DNA of 64,000 nucleotides from Escherichia coli (GCF_044324875.1 NZ_CP172185.1); one strand, 5' to 3'; counted from the stretch's first letter, positions 17,187 to 26,967 are shown. Program-made: numbers and translations. Notes: generated by a model not told the origin, from the letters alone.

Positions 17187-17510
17187 TCTGCACAACAGGT
17201 AAGAGCACTGAACCCGCAGACCTCGCGGAACTGGTGAAAGGTGCCGCGCAGTGCTCTTATCGTTGTGGTGAAGCTCAATGGCGAGCTAGCAGATAGGCGA
17301 CAGTGAAAATACTAGTCATGTATCTGACCGCCGCGCGTACTGCAATCGGCAGCGCACCGATGGAAGCCGGTTCGATTCCGGCCGCCACAACCCAAACTGA
17401 GCCGTAGCCACTGGCTGTCCTGAACTCCTCAGTGATAGTTACGCTGCGGCCTTCTTTTTCCCCTTCCTAATACAAGAACTACGCAATCCGTTACTGGCGG
17501 AGGCGTTGCT

Positions 17511-17726
17511 ATGAAATCCATGGATAAGATAACAACGGGTGTCGCCTATGGCACCTCGGCAGGCAGTGCCGGGTACTGGTTTTTACAGTGGCTTGATCAG
17601 GTTAGTCCGTCACAGTGGGCTGCTATTGGTGTGCTGGGGAGTCTGGCACTGGGCTTTCTGACTTATCTGACGAATCTGTATTTCAAAATTAAAGATGATC
17701 GGCGCAAAGTGGCGCGGGGAGAGTAG
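17511..17726 (+). CDS. S: Holin, phage 21 S21 pinholin type
   Basis: 71 aa; [71 protein letters not shown] is near-identical to recalled S21. GGAGG RBS. Confidence 0.9.
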   Translation: MKSMDKITTGVAYGTSAGSAGYWFLQWLDQVSPSQWAAIGVLGSLALGFLTYLTNLYFKIKDDRRKVARGE

Positions 17727-17729
17727 GCG

Positions 17730-18041
17730 ATGAATAAAAAATACGAACTGGTTATTAAAGGGATAAGTAGTCACCCGGATAAGGTTGTGGTTACTGTGGC
17801 GCTGGAGAGCGACGGCTATCCGACGCTGTTTTCGCCGCATGTGGTGATTAAGCTTGATCGTGTTGACGGCGCAGCGCTGGAGCTTTATGAAGCAGAGGCG
17901 AAAAAACGAGCGAAGAAGATTTTTATGGATGCTGCTGCCGGGTTATGTGAAGCGTGGTCGTTGCCGGAAAAGCGCCTCCATTCAGAGGCGCGGTATACCA
18001 TAAAAATTAACGGTTCAGATAACTCAATTGCTGGTTTTTAA
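17730..18041 (+). CDS. Hypothetical protein (103 aa) inserted between holin and endolysin
   Basis: Starts 4 nt after the holin stop with GGAGAG upstream; no known motif. Confidence 0.5.
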   Translation: MNKKYELVIKGISSHPDKVVVTVALESDGYPTLFSPHVVIKLDRVDGAALELYEAEAKKRAKKIFMDAAAGLCEAWSLPEKRLHSEARYTIKINGSDNSIAGF

Positions 18042-18277
18042 CCTTTTGTCTCAGTTGGCTTTCCAATATCTTTCATTGGTAGCAGCATTTCGATATTGCT
18101 TTTGATATATGGATTATCTGCATGTTCTGTTAATTGATAAATGATAGCATTTTTTTCATTCTGGTCTAATACAGAAAACATAACTGCAATCATATATTTA
18201 AGAGCCTCAATTTCTCCTGTTGTTGAGTTGGGGGATGAACAGTCCGCTGTAACATTAATAAAAGTTTCTTTTTTCAT
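18038..18277 (-). CDS. Hypothetical AT-rich ORF (79 aa), opposite strand, inside the lysis cassette
   Basis: Convergent with 17730..18041; markedly AT-rich compared with flanks, suggesting a horizontally acquired insert. Confidence 0.4.
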   Translation of the reverse strand: MKKETFINVTADCSSPNSTTGEIEALKYMIAVMFSVLDQNEKNAIIYQLTEHADNPYIKSNIEMLLPMKDIGKPTETKG

Positions 18278-18401
18278 ATCAGATCCTTAGATGGGGTAGC
18301 TCAGCCAACCACCCGAGCCTTAACCGGAACGCCAGTGCCCACTACACTACTGGCGGGCTGAGGCTTTAACATATCCAGGGTTCAGAAAACGATAAATATC
18401 C

Positions 18402-18935
18402 ATGAGCACAAAAATCAGATACGGCCTGTCGGCTGCCGTTCTGGCGTTGATTGCTGCAGGTGCATCCGCTCCCGTCATTCTTGACCAGTTTCTGGACGAA
18501 AAAGAAGGTAATCACACTACGGCATACCGTGATGGCTCCGGTATATGGACCATCTGTCGGGGTGCCACGATGGTGGATGGAAAACCCGTTTTTCCCGGTA
18601 TGAAACTGTCGAAGGAAAAATGCGACCAGGTCAACGCCATCGAACGGGATAAGGCGCTGGCATGGGTGGAGCGCAATATTAAAGTTCCACTGACCGAAGC
18701 ACAGAAAGCGGGTATTGCGTCATTCTGTCCCTATAACATTGGCCCCGGTAAGTGTTTCCCGTCGACGTTTTATAAGCGGCTGAATGCCGGTGATCGTAAG
18801 GGCGCATGCGAGGCGATTCGCTGGTGGATAAAAGATGGTGGGCGCGATTGCCGCATACGTTCAAATAACTGCTATGGACAGGTTATTCGTCGTGACCAGG
18901 AAAGCGCATTAGCCTGTTGGGGAATAGATCAGTGA
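18402..18935 (+). CDS. R: SAR endolysin (lysozyme, R21-like)
   Basis: 177 aa. N-terminal hydrophobic signal-anchor-release segment [21 protein letters not shown] followed by a lysozyme domain ([20 protein letters not shown]). Confidence 0.9.
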   Translation: MSTKIRYGLSAAVLALIAAGASAPVILDQFLDEKEGNHTTAYRDGSGIWTICRGATMVDGKPVFPGMKLSKEKCDQVNAIERDKALAWVERNIKVPLTEAQKAGIASFCPYNIGPGKCFPSTFYKRLNAGDRKGACEAIRWWIKDGGRDCRIRSNNCYGQVIRRDQESALACWGIDQ

Positions 18936-19399
18936 GCAGAGTCGCCGCGATTATTTATGCTCTGGTTATCTGCACTATCGTCTGCCTGTCGTGGGCGGTC
19001 AATCATTACCGTGATAACGCCATAGCCTACAAAGAACAGCGTGATAAAAAAGTCAGTGAGCTGAAGCAGGCGATCGCCACCATCGCTGACATGCAGCAGC
19101 GTCAGCGTGATGTTGCTGCGCTCGATGCAAAGTACTCGAGAGAATTAGCCAATGCGAAAGCTGAAAATGAAACTCTGCGCGCTGATGTTGCCGCTGGTCG
19201 TAAGCGCCTGCGGGTCAATGTCAGTTGCTCCGAAGCCGTGCGTGAAGCCACCGGACCCACCAGCGTGGATAATGCAACCAGCCCCCGACTGGCAGACACC
19301 GCTGAACGGGATTATTTCACCCTCAGAGAACGGTTGATGACGATGCAGAAGCAACTGGAAGGGGCACAGGAGTATATCCGCACTCAGTGCATTAAGTAG
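18932..19399 (+). CDS. Rz: i-spanin Rz
   Basis: GTG start overlapping the endolysin stop. [40 protein letters not shown] resembles lambda Rz. Confidence 0.85.
   Translation: MSRVAAIIYALVICTIVCLSWAVNHYRDNAIAYKEQRDKKVSELKQAIATIADMQQRQRDVAALDAKYSRELANAKAENETLRADVAAGRKRLRVNVSCSEAVREATGPTSVDNATSPRLADTAERDYFTLRERLMTMQKQLEGAQEYIRTQCIK
19152..19337 (+). CDS. Rz1: o-spanin Rz1, embedded in Rz in another frame
   Basis: 61 aa lipoprotein [20 protein letters not shown] with Pro-rich [27 protein letters not shown], like lambda Rz1. Confidence 0.8.
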   Translation: MRKLKMKLCALMLPLVVSACGSMSVAPKPCVKPPDPPAWIMQPAPDWQTPLNGIISPSENG

Positions 19400-19441
19400 C
19401 CTTTTTATCGTGGTAAACATTTCGCAGGGTATGAGGTATTT

Positions 19442-19792
19442 ATGCCATCACGAATCCCACGCGCCTGCCGTAAGCGTGGATGTGCAGGTACAACCACAGA
19501 CAGTTCTGGTTACTGCGATAAACATCGTGGCGAAGGATGGGTACAGCATCAACGCGGACTGAGCCGCCACCAGCGTGGCTATGGCTCGAAATGGGATGCC
19601 ATACGTGCGCGCATACTGAAGCGTGATAATCATCTGTGTCAGAACTGCCTGTGCAATGGGAGAGCTGTTGAAGCCAGAACTGTGGACCACATCATTCCGA
19701 AAGCTCATGGTGGCACGGATGCAGACAGTAACCTGCAGAGTCTGTGCTGGCCCTGTCATAAAGCAAAAACAGCGCGCGAACGCATCAATTGA
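19442..19792 (+). CDS. HNH endonuclease (terminase-associated)
   Basis: 116 aa with Cys clusters and HIIPKAHGGTDADSNLQSLCWPCH motif; located just upstream of terS/terL as in HK97-like phages. Confidence 0.8.
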   Translation: MPSRIPRACRKRGCAGTTTDSSGYCDKHRGEGWVQHQRGLSRHQRGYGSKWDAIRARILKRDNHLCQNCLCNGRAVEARTVDHIIPKAHGGTDADSNLQSLCWPCHKAKTARERIN

Positions 19793-19939
19793 TAACAGCT
19801 CCCATCTGCAGGGGAGGGGCGGGTCAAATCTCTGCAACCCAGGCTGCTCAGTACCGCCGCCTTGCCTTTCCTCGCATCGCCGCAGGTTCGAAAACTTTTT
19901 TTTGGAAAGTTATTAAATGATTGATAGGTAAAACCGATT

Positions 19940-20422
19940 ATGTCAGGACCCCCGAAAACCCCGCCACGCCTGCATTTGATACGAGGCAACCCCTCAAAGC
20001 GCCCCGTTAAAGACCCAAAAAAAACCGCTAAAAAGGATGAAAAAGGTCTCCCTAAAATTCCGCAACATTTAGGGTCGCAGGGGAAGTACTGGTTCAGGCG
20101 AATGGCGGAAGAACTGAATGCGGAAGGGATCATTTCTCAGCTTGATGCGCGTGCACTCGAGTTACTGGTGGAAGCCTACACCGAATACCGGCATTACTGC
20201 GAAACACTCGATGTTGAGGGGTATACCTACCGCACGGAAACGCAGAACGGTGATGTGCTGATTAAGGCACACCCGGCTGCTGCGATGAAAGCGGATGCCT
20301 GGAAGCGGATCCGGGCGATGCTTGCAGAATTTGGTATGTCACCGGCAAGCCGGGCGAAAGTAAATACCGCCGGACCGGATGATGTTGATCCGCTGGCGGA
20401 GCTTTTAAAAGCGAGAGACTGA
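19940..20422 (+). CDS. terS: Terminase small subunit
   Basis: 160 aa, basic N-terminus; stop overlaps the terL start. Confidence 0.7.
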   Translation: MSGPPKTPPRLHLIRGNPSKRPVKDPKKTAKKDEKGLPKIPQHLGSQGKYWFRRMAEELNAEGIISQLDARALELLVEAYTEYRHYCETLDVEGYTYRTETQNGDVLIKAHPAAAMKADAWKRIRAMLAEFGMSPASRAKVNTAGPDDVDPLAELLKARD

Positions 20423-22179
20423 TGGCAAAAGTGGCTGACGGGATCCGCTACGCCGAACGTGTTGTTGCAGGAGAAATTGTTGCTGGCGAATTTGTCCGCC
20501 TAGCCTGCCAGCGTTTTCTTGATGATCTGAAGTACGGCGAAGAGCGGGGGATTTATTTCAGTGAACCCCGTGCGCAGCACATCCTGAATTTCTACAAATT
20601 TGTGCCCCATGTGAAAGGGGCGCTGGCAGGCCAGCCCATTGAGTTGATGGACTGGCATGTATTTATCCTCATTAATATTTTTGGTTTTGTCATTCCGCTG
20701 GTGAATGAAGAGACCGGGGAAGTTGTCATGCGCAGCGATGGCAGCGGACGCCCGGTGATGGTGCGCCGGTTCCGGACGGCGTACAACGAAGTCGCCCGTA
20801 AAAACGCAAAATCAACCCTGTCATCGGGTATCGGCCTGTATATGACGGGGGCAGATGGTGAAGGCGGTGCTGAGGTTTATTCAGCCGCAACCACGCGTGA
20901 TCAGGCCAGAATTGTGTTTGAAGACGCCAAAAATATGGTCAGAAAAGCCCGGTCGACACTCGGGCGGTTGTTTGATTTCAACAAGCTGGCGATTTACCAG
21001 GAGCAGAGCGCATCAAAATTTGAGCCGCTTTCCTCGGATGCAAACAATCTGGACGGTCTGAACATCCACTGCGCCATTATTGATGAGCTGCATGCACATA
21101 AAACCCGTGACGTGTGGGACGTTCTGGAAACGGCAACCGGTGCCCGTCTGCAGTCCCTTTTATTTGGTATCACCACGGCAGGGTTTAACAAGGAAGGGAT
21201 TTGTTACGAGCAGCGTGATTACGCCATCAAGGTATTGCGTGGCTATAACAGCGACGTGGAGGGCGCGGTAAAAGACGACTCCTACTTTGCGATTATTTAC
21301 ACCCTCGATGAGGGAGATGATCCGTTTGATGAAACGGTCTGGCAGAAAGCGAATCCCGGCCTGGGCATCTGTAAACGCTGGGATGATCTGCGTCGCCTGG
21401 CGAAAAAAGCGAAAGAACAGGTCTCTGCGCGGGTGAATTTTTTTACCAAACACATGAATGTGTGGGTCACTGCCGAATCAGCCTGGATGGACATGATTAA
21501 GTGGGAGAAGTGCGAATATATTGCTCCACGACATGAGCTGAAAACATATCCCATGTGGGTCGGCGTTGACCTTGCTCATAAGATTGATATCTGTGCAGCG
21601 GCAAAACTCTGGCGAACGGATAACGGGCATGTTCATGCCGATTTTAAATTCTGGCTTCCGGAAGGACGGCTGGAACGATGCTCGCGGCAGCAGGCAGAAC
21701 TTTACCGGAAGTGGGCGGAGATGGATAAGCTGATTCTGACGGATGGTGATGTTATCGATCATGGCCAGATAAAAAGTGACTTACTGGAATGGACTGGTGG
21801 TGAAAACCTCAGGGAACTGGGATTTGACCCGTGGAGCGCGATGCAGTTCAGCCTGGCACTGGCTGAAGAAGGGATACCGCTGGTGGAGGTTCCGCAGACG
21901 GTTCGCAATCTGTCAGAGGCCATGAAGGAAACGGAATCACTGGTCTATGCCGGGCGTTTCCATCACAGCAATCACCCGGTCATGAACTGGATGATGTCTA
22001 ACGTTACGGTGAAACCGGACAAAAACGACAATATCTTCCCGAATAAATGCACGCCGGAAGCCAAAATCGACGGCCCTGTTGCGCTTTTTACAGCCATGAG
22101 CCGCCTTCTGGTAAATGGCGGGGACGTGAATGACTTTCTGTCCACGCTTGATCCTGATGAGGACCTGTTAATTCTGTGA
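20422..22179 (+). CDS. terL: Terminase large subunit
   Basis: 585 aa with ATPase motifs and acidic nuclease residues, recognised as HK97-type TerL. Confidence 0.9.
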   Translation: MAKVADGIRYAERVVAGEIVAGEFVRLACQRFLDDLKYGEERGIYFSEPRAQHILNFYKFVPHVKGALAGQPIELMDWHVFILINIFGFVIPLVNEETGEVVMRSDGSGRPVMVRRFRTAYNEVARKNAKSTLSSGIGLYMTGADGEGGAEVYSAATTRDQARIVFEDAKNMVRKARSTLGRLFDFNKLAIYQEQSASKFEPLSSDANNLDGLNIHCAIIDELHAHKTRDVWDVLETATGARLQSLLFGITTAGFNKEGICYEQRDYAIKVLRGYNSDVEGAVKDDSYFAIIYTLDEGDDPFDETVWQKANPGLGICKRWDDLRRLAKKAKEQVSARVNFFTKHMNVWVTAESAWMDMIKWEKCEYIAPRHELKTYPMWVGVDLAHKIDICAAAKLWRTDNGHVHADFKFWLPEGRLERCSRQQAELYRKWAEMDKLILTDGDVIDHGQIKSDLLEWTGGENLRELGFDPWSAMQFSLALAEEGIPLVEVPQTVRNLSEAMKETESLVYAGRFHHSNHPVMNWMMSNVTVKPDKNDNIFPNKCTPEAKIDGPVALFTAMSRLLVNGGDVNDFLSTLDPDEDLLIL

Positions 22180-22337
22180 AACAGCTTATTACTGATATGA
22201 CCGGGCTGATCGGTTTCGGTCTGCTCACTGCTGGCGTTTATCTGTATGCAGGTCTGCCAGCGTCTCTGATCCTGTCCGGCTGTTTGTTACTGCTTTATGC
22301 ACTGGTGGTGTCCATGAGGAGAAAACATGCTTCTTGA
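22176..22337 (+). CDS. Possible small membrane protein (about 53 aa) between terL and portal
   Basis: GTG overlapping the terL stop. VKQLITDMTGLIGFGLLTAGVYLYAGLPASLILSGCLLLLYALVVSMRRKHAS has two hydrophobic segments. Below the track's 60 aa cutoff. Confidence 0.35.
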   Translation: MKQLITDMTGLIGFGLLTAGVYLYAGLPASLILSGCLLLLYALVVSMRRKHAS

Positions 22338-23553
22338 TGCTCTGTTTCGCAGTGAACCTCTGGAAAATCCCTCGGTTCCGGTAACCGGAGAGACAGCTGA
22401 GACGGATAATATTTTTGCCCGGGATGTGTATGTCAGTCCGGAAACATCCATGAAGCTGGCTGCTGTCTATGCCTGTATTTATGTTATTTCATCCAGTGTG
22501 GCTCAGATGCCCCTGCATGTGATGCGAAAAACGGATGACCAGGTTCATCCGGCACGCGATCACCCGTTGTTCTGGCTCGTTCATGATGAACCGAATGCCT
22601 GGCAGACCAGCTATAAGTGGCGGGAACTGAAGCAGCGTCATGTGCTGGGGTGGGGCAATGGTTATACGTGGGTAAAACGTAATCGTCGTGGCGAGGTTAC
22701 CAGTCTTGAATGCTGTATGCCATGGGAAACCACGTTACTTAACACCGGTGGGCGTCATACCTACGGGGTGTATAACGAAGAGGGCGCATTTGCGGTAAGT
22801 CCGGACGACATGATCCATATCAGGGCACTGGGAAACAATCAGAAAATGGGACTGAGTCCGATCATGCAGCATGCTGAAACCATTGGCATGGGGATGAGCG
22901 GCCAGCAGTATACCAGTGCCTTTTTTAATGGTAACGCGCGTCCTGCCGGTATTATTTCTGTGAAAAATGAACTGAACGAACAGAGCTGGAGCAGGCTTAA
23001 AAATATGTGGCAGCGGGCGGTGACAGGGCTTCGCAGTCAGGAAAATAAAACTATGCTCCTGCCCGCGCAACTGGATTACCGTGCTCTGACAGTTTCACCG
23101 GTGGATGCTCAGATCATTGATATGACCAAACTGAACAGGTCGATGATTGCCGGGATTTTTAATGTCCCGGCGCACATGATTAATGACCTGGAAAAAGCCA
23201 CGTTTTCGAATATTACACAGCAGGCGATTCAGTTTGTTCGCTACACGATGATGCCCTGGGTTGCGAACTGGGAGCAGGAGCTTAACCGCCGCCTGTTTAC
23301 CCGTACAGAACGGGCTGCCGGGTATTACGTTCGTTTCAACCTCACGGGGTTGCTCCGTGGGACCCCACAGGAGCGTGCGCAGTTCTATCACTTTGCCATT
23401 ACAGATGGCTGGATGAGCCGGAATGAAGCCAGGGCATTTGAGGACATGAACCCGGTTGACGGTCTGGATGAAATGCTGGTCAGCGTAAATGCAGCAAATC
23501 CGTTGAATAACTTTAAAGATACGAAAGGCAAAGAGGAAAAGGACGATGAATGA
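22327..23553 (+). CDS. Portal protein (HK97 family)
   Basis: 408 aa ORF after terL; recognised as HK97-type portal by sequence and position. Confidence 0.85.
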   Translation: MLLDALFRSEPLENPSVPVTGETAETDNIFARDVYVSPETSMKLAAVYACIYVISSSVAQMPLHVMRKTDDQVHPARDHPLFWLVHDEPNAWQTSYKWRELKQRHVLGWGNGYTWVKRNRRGEVTSLECCMPWETTLLNTGGRHTYGVYNEEGAFAVSPDDMIHIRALGNNQKMGLSPIMQHAETIGMGMSGQQYTSAFFNGNARPAGIISVKNELNEQSWSRLKNMWQRAVTGLRSQENKTMLLPAQLDYRALTVSPVDAQIIDMTKLNRSMIAGIFNVPAHMINDLEKATFSNITQQAIQFVRYTMMPWVANWEQELNRRLFTRTERAAGYYVRFNLTGLLRGTPQERAQFYHFAITDGWMSRNEARAFEDMNPVDGLDEMLVSVNAANPLNNFKDTKGKEEKDDE

Positions 23554-24148
23554 CCGTGAAATCCGTTGTTACAGCGGTGAGGTGCGTGCTGAGAAGCATG
23601 ACGATAACCCGGCGCACATTATCGGTTATGGATCGGTGTTTGACAGTCGTTCTGAGCTGATATTCGGTTCATTCCGCGAAATCATCCGGCCCGGCGCTTT
23701 TGACGATGTGCTTGGTGATGATGTACGCGCACTGTTTAACCACGATCCTAATTTTATTCTTGGGCGTAGTGCAGCAGGCACGCTGAATCTTTCAGTTGAT
23801 GAACGTGGATTGCGCTATGACATCCAGGCTCCGGAGACACAGACCATTCGTGACCTGGTGCTGACCCCGATGCAACGCGGAGATATTAACCAGTCATCTT
23901 TCGCTTTCCGTGTCGCCCGTGACGGCGAGGAGTGGTATCAGGATGAGGACGGGGTTGTTATTCGCGAGATAACCCGCTTTTCCCGCCTGTTTGATGTCAG
24001 CCCGGTGACATATGCGGCCTATCAGGAGGCAGAATCTGGCGTTCGCTCGATGAAAGCCTGGCAGGAAGCGCGGGCGAGTGGTGCGCTGAAGAAAGCTGTT
24101 AATGAACGAATGGCGCGTGAGCGCCTTTTGACCCTTCTTAATGCATAA
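23546..24148 (+). CDS. Prohead protease (HK97 family)
   Basis: 200 aa between portal and capsid genes; overlaps the portal stop. Confidence 0.8.
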   Translation: MNDREIRCYSGEVRAEKHDDNPAHIIGYGSVFDSRSELIFGSFREIIRPGAFDDVLGDDVRALFNHDPNFILGRSAAGTLNLSVDERGLRYDIQAPETQTIRDLVLTPMQRGDINQSSFAFRVARDGEEWYQDEDGVVIREITRFSRLFDVSPVTYAAYQEAESGVRSMKAWQEARASGALKKAVNERMARERLLTLLNA

Positions 24149-24162
24149 GGATACTACTGACG

Positions 24163-25380
24163 ATGAAACTTCATGAGATGAGGCAAAAACGAAACACCAT
24201 TGCAAAGGATATGCGTGCACTGCATGAAAAAATTGGTGATAACGCATGGACTGATGAGCAACGGGCAGAGTGGAACAGGGCGAAAGCTGAGCTGGATGCG
24301 CTGGATGAGCAAATCGCCCGTGAAGAAGAGTTGCGCCGTCAGGATCAGGCATATGTGGATGAGTCCGGGCCGGAAGAGCGCCAGAATAATGAGGCGGAGA
24401 ACGGGAAAAAGGCGGTGGAAGAGAAGCGTGCTGCGGCATTTAACCGTTTTCTGCGTGCCGGATTTGCAGAACTGAATGCTGAAGAGCGTAATCTGATGCG
24501 TGAACTGCGGGCTCAGGGTGTAACAACGGATTCTCAGGGCGGATATACGGTGCCCACGCAGATGCGTAACAAAATCATTGACGCCATGAAGGCTTATGGC
24601 GGGATTGCCGGTGTGGCACAACTTCTGACCACATCAACCGGGCAGGATATCACCTGGTCAACGTCTGACGGCACGACTGAAGAGGGCGAACTGCTGGCGG
24701 AAAATACAGCCGCAACGGAGCAGGATGTGACGTTCGGGACTGCTATTCTGGGGGCTAAAAAGCTGTCATCAAAAATAATTCGTGTGTCCAATGAGCTGCT
24801 CCAGGACAGTGGGGTGGATATTGAATCTTATCTGGCAAACCGTATTGCCCAGCGTATTGGTCGTGGAGAGGCAAAATATCTGGTTCAGGGGACCGGAACG
24901 GGATCACCGTTACAGCCAAAAGGGCTGGCAGCGTCGGTGACGGGAACCATCCAGACTGCAGCTTCTGCCGCTTTCACCTGGAAAGAAATGAATGCCCTGA
25001 AACATGCCATTGATCCGGCATATCGTGGTGGGCCGAAATACCGCTGGGCATTCAATGATGCCACATTGCAGACTATTGAACAGATGGAGGATGGACAGAA
25101 ACGCCCGTTATGGCTTCCGGATATTGCAGGCGGTACGCCAGCTACTGTGCTGGGGATCCCTTATGTTATTGATCAGGCTATTGACGGGATTGGTACCGGG
25201 AAAAAATTCATTTTCCTGGGGGATTTCAACCGCTTTATCATTCGCCGCGTTACTTATATGGAGCTGAAACGTCTGGTTGAGCGTTATGCTGAGTTTGATC
25301 AGGTAGCATTTCTTGCTTTCCATCGTTTTGACTGTGTGCTGGAAGATGTGGCAGCCATCAAGGCGCTCACTGGCAAATAA
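24163..25380 (+). CDS. Major capsid protein (HK97 fold) with N-terminal delta/scaffold domain
   Basis: 405 aa; coiled-coil-like charged N-terminal 100 aa followed by a capsid domain. Confidence 0.9.
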   Translation: MKLHEMRQKRNTIAKDMRALHEKIGDNAWTDEQRAEWNRAKAELDALDEQIAREEELRRQDQAYVDESGPEERQNNEAENGKKAVEEKRAAAFNRFLRAGFAELNAEERNLMRELRAQGVTTDSQGGYTVPTQMRNKIIDAMKAYGGIAGVAQLLTTSTGQDITWSTSDGTTEEGELLAENTAATEQDVTFGTAILGAKKLSSKIIRVSNELLQDSGVDIESYLANRIAQRIGRGEAKYLVQGTGTGSPLQPKGLAASVTGTIQTAASAAFTWKEMNALKHAIDPAYRGGPKYRWAFNDATLQTIEQMEDGQKRPLWLPDIAGGTPATVLGIPYVIDQAIDGIGTGKKFIFLGDFNRFIIRRVTYMELKRLVERYAEFDQVAFLAFHRFDCVLEDVAAIKALTGK

Positions 25381-25401
25381 CCACACGTTGTTCAGTTACA
25401 G

Positions 25402-25423
25402 ACCGCGCCGACGCGGTTTTTTT
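25402..25423 (+). terminator. Terminator-like hairpin after the major capsid gene
   Basis: ACCGCG-CCGA-CGCGGT followed by TTTTTTT. Confidence 0.5.
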
Positions 25424-25456
25424 ATGCCCGCACAGTGTTGCGGGCAGGAGTTTCTG

Positions 25457-25774
25457 ATGGCAGCAATAGTGGAAAAACTCAGGACGCAGTGCCGTATTGA
25501 TACAGATGATGCAACTGATGATGAGTTACTGATGCTGTATTTCCGGGCTGCCTGTCGTAAGGCAGAAAACTTTATCAACCGTAAGCTCTATGAGGAGACG
25601 GTGCCGGAGGATGATCCTGAAGGGGTGCTTATTGCTGATGATGTTTTGCTGGCGCTCATGTTGCTGGTCGGGCACTGGTACGAAAACCGGGAAAATTCCT
25701 CAGATGTCAGCAAGGCTCCCATACCGTTTGGTTTTTCCTCTCTTCTGGAGCCTTATCGTTTTATTCCTTTGTAG
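25457..25774 (+). CDS. Head-tail connector (gp6-like)
   Basis: Internal ATG at 25457 preceded by GCAGGAG; 106 aa product MAAIVEKLRTQCRIDTDDATDDELLMLY. Confidence 0.7.
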   Translation: MAAIVEKLRTQCRIDTDDATDDELLMLYFRAACRKAENFINRKLYEETVPEDDPEGVLIADDVLLALMLLVGHWYENRENSSDVSKAPIPFGFSSLLEPYRFIPL

Positions 25775-25782
25775 GAGGAGCC

Positions 25783-26121
25783 ATGCAGGCGGGAAGATTA
25801 CGCGATCGTGTGGTTATTCTGAATGCCACCACCGTTCGCTCTCCGTCAGGGCACCCGGTGGAGACGATGACGGAGGGAGCCACCGTATGGGCAGAGGTTA
25901 AAGGGATCAGTGGACGGGAACGTATATCGGGCGGTGCGGAAACCGCTCAGGCTACCGTGAGAGTCTGGATGAGATTCCGGCGCGATGTGACAGCAACTTC
26001 ATGTCTGAAAGTGCTGACTGGTGCATTCAAAGGAGCGATTCTGAGTATAGACGGTCCGCCGATACCGGATGCACGTGCCACCCGGATTGAAATACTCTGC
26101 TCTCAGAAGGGGAATGTGTGA
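25783..26121 (+). CDS. Head closure / head-tail adaptor protein
   Basis: 112 aa ORF in canonical HK97 module order. Confidence 0.65.
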   Translation: MQAGRLRDRVVILNATTVRSPSGHPVETMTEGATVWAEVKGISGRERISGGAETAQATVRVWMRFRRDVTATSCLKVLTGAFKGAILSIDGPPIPDARATRIEILCSQKGNV

Positions 26122-26567
26122 TGGATTTCAGTCTTGATTTTTCCGGCCTGGCAGATATTGCACGGGATCTGGAGACGCTCAGCAGGGCAGAAAACAATAA
26201 GGTACTGCGCGATGCCACCCGTGCCGGTGCTGAAATTATGCGGGATGCGGTTGTTGAACGTGCGCCGGAGCAAACCGGGAAACTGAAGAAAAATGTGGTT
26301 GTTCTCACTCAGCGTTCAAAGCGTCGGGGGGAAATTATCTCGGGTGTCCACATTCGCGGACGGAACCTGCGAACCGGAAACAGTGATAACAGCATGAAAG
26401 CCAGCGATCCCCGGAATGCGTTTTACTGGCGCTTTGTCGAACTGGGCACGGTAAATATGCCCGCACATCCGTTCATTCGTCCGGCGTTTGATACGACTGA
26501 GGAACTGGCGGCACGGGTTGCCATACAGAGAATGAATCAGGCTATTGATGAGGTATTAAGTAAATGA
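26118..26567 (+). CDS. HK97 gp10-like tail-neck protein
   Basis: 149 aa with overlapping start/stop codons in the morphogenesis operon. Confidence 0.65.
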   Translation: MMDFSLDFSGLADIARDLETLSRAENNKVLRDATRAGAEIMRDAVVERAPEQTGKLKKNVVVLTQRSKRRGEIISGVHIRGRNLRTGNSDNSMKASDPRNAFYWRFVELGTVNMPAHPFIRPAFDTTEELAARVAIQRMNQAIDEVLSK

Positions 26568-26908
26568 GGGAGGCCGCACTGTATTCCCGGCTCTCTGAGC
26601 TGGCCGGAGGACAGGTTTACCCTTATGTGGTCCCGCTGACGGAGGGAAAGCCTGCGGTATCTCCGCCGTGGCTGGTGTTTTCTGTGGTGTCTGATACCGC
26701 ATCTGATGTGCTTGATGGTCAGGCTGAATCCAGAATTACCGTGCAGATCGATGTCTGGGCAAGGATACCTGATGACGCAGATAATATCCGTGAGCAGGCG
26801 CTTGATGCGGTAAGGCAACTTGCACCCTCCGTTATTTCTAAAACGCAGGGTTATGATCCTGATTCCCGTCTGAGCAGAGCCACGCTTGAATTTCAGGTAA
26901 TAGCCTGA
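26564..26908 (+). CDS. Tail completion protein (gp11-like)
   Basis: 114 aa, position-based with family-like sequence. Confidence 0.6.
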   Translation: MREAALYSRLSELAGGQVYPYVVPLTEGKPAVSPPWLVFSVVSDTASDVLDGQAESRITVQIDVWARIPDDADNIREQALDAVRQLAPSVISKTQGYDPDSRLSRATLEFQVIA

Positions 26909-26929
26909 GGTCGTTAATGATTTTACCCA

Positions 26930-26950
26930 CCCGCCGCTGGCGGGTTTTTT
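26930..26950 (+). terminator. Strong hairpin plus T-run between tail-completion and major tail genes
   Basis: CCCGCC-GCT-GGCGGG followed by TTTTTT. Confidence 0.5.
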
Positions 26951-26967
26951 ATTTTCAGGAGACGAGT

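Noticed and set aside
17263-17390. Possible tRNA gene
   Set aside because: T-arm and acceptor stem are present, but D-arm and anticodon-arm spacing is wrong (about 127 nt total). Reported as a finding only, not as a tRNA feature.
23894-24621. Two long minus-strand ORFs (181 and 155 aa)
   Set aside because: Antisense to the protease and major capsid genes; Arg/His-rich, reading like non-coding sequence.
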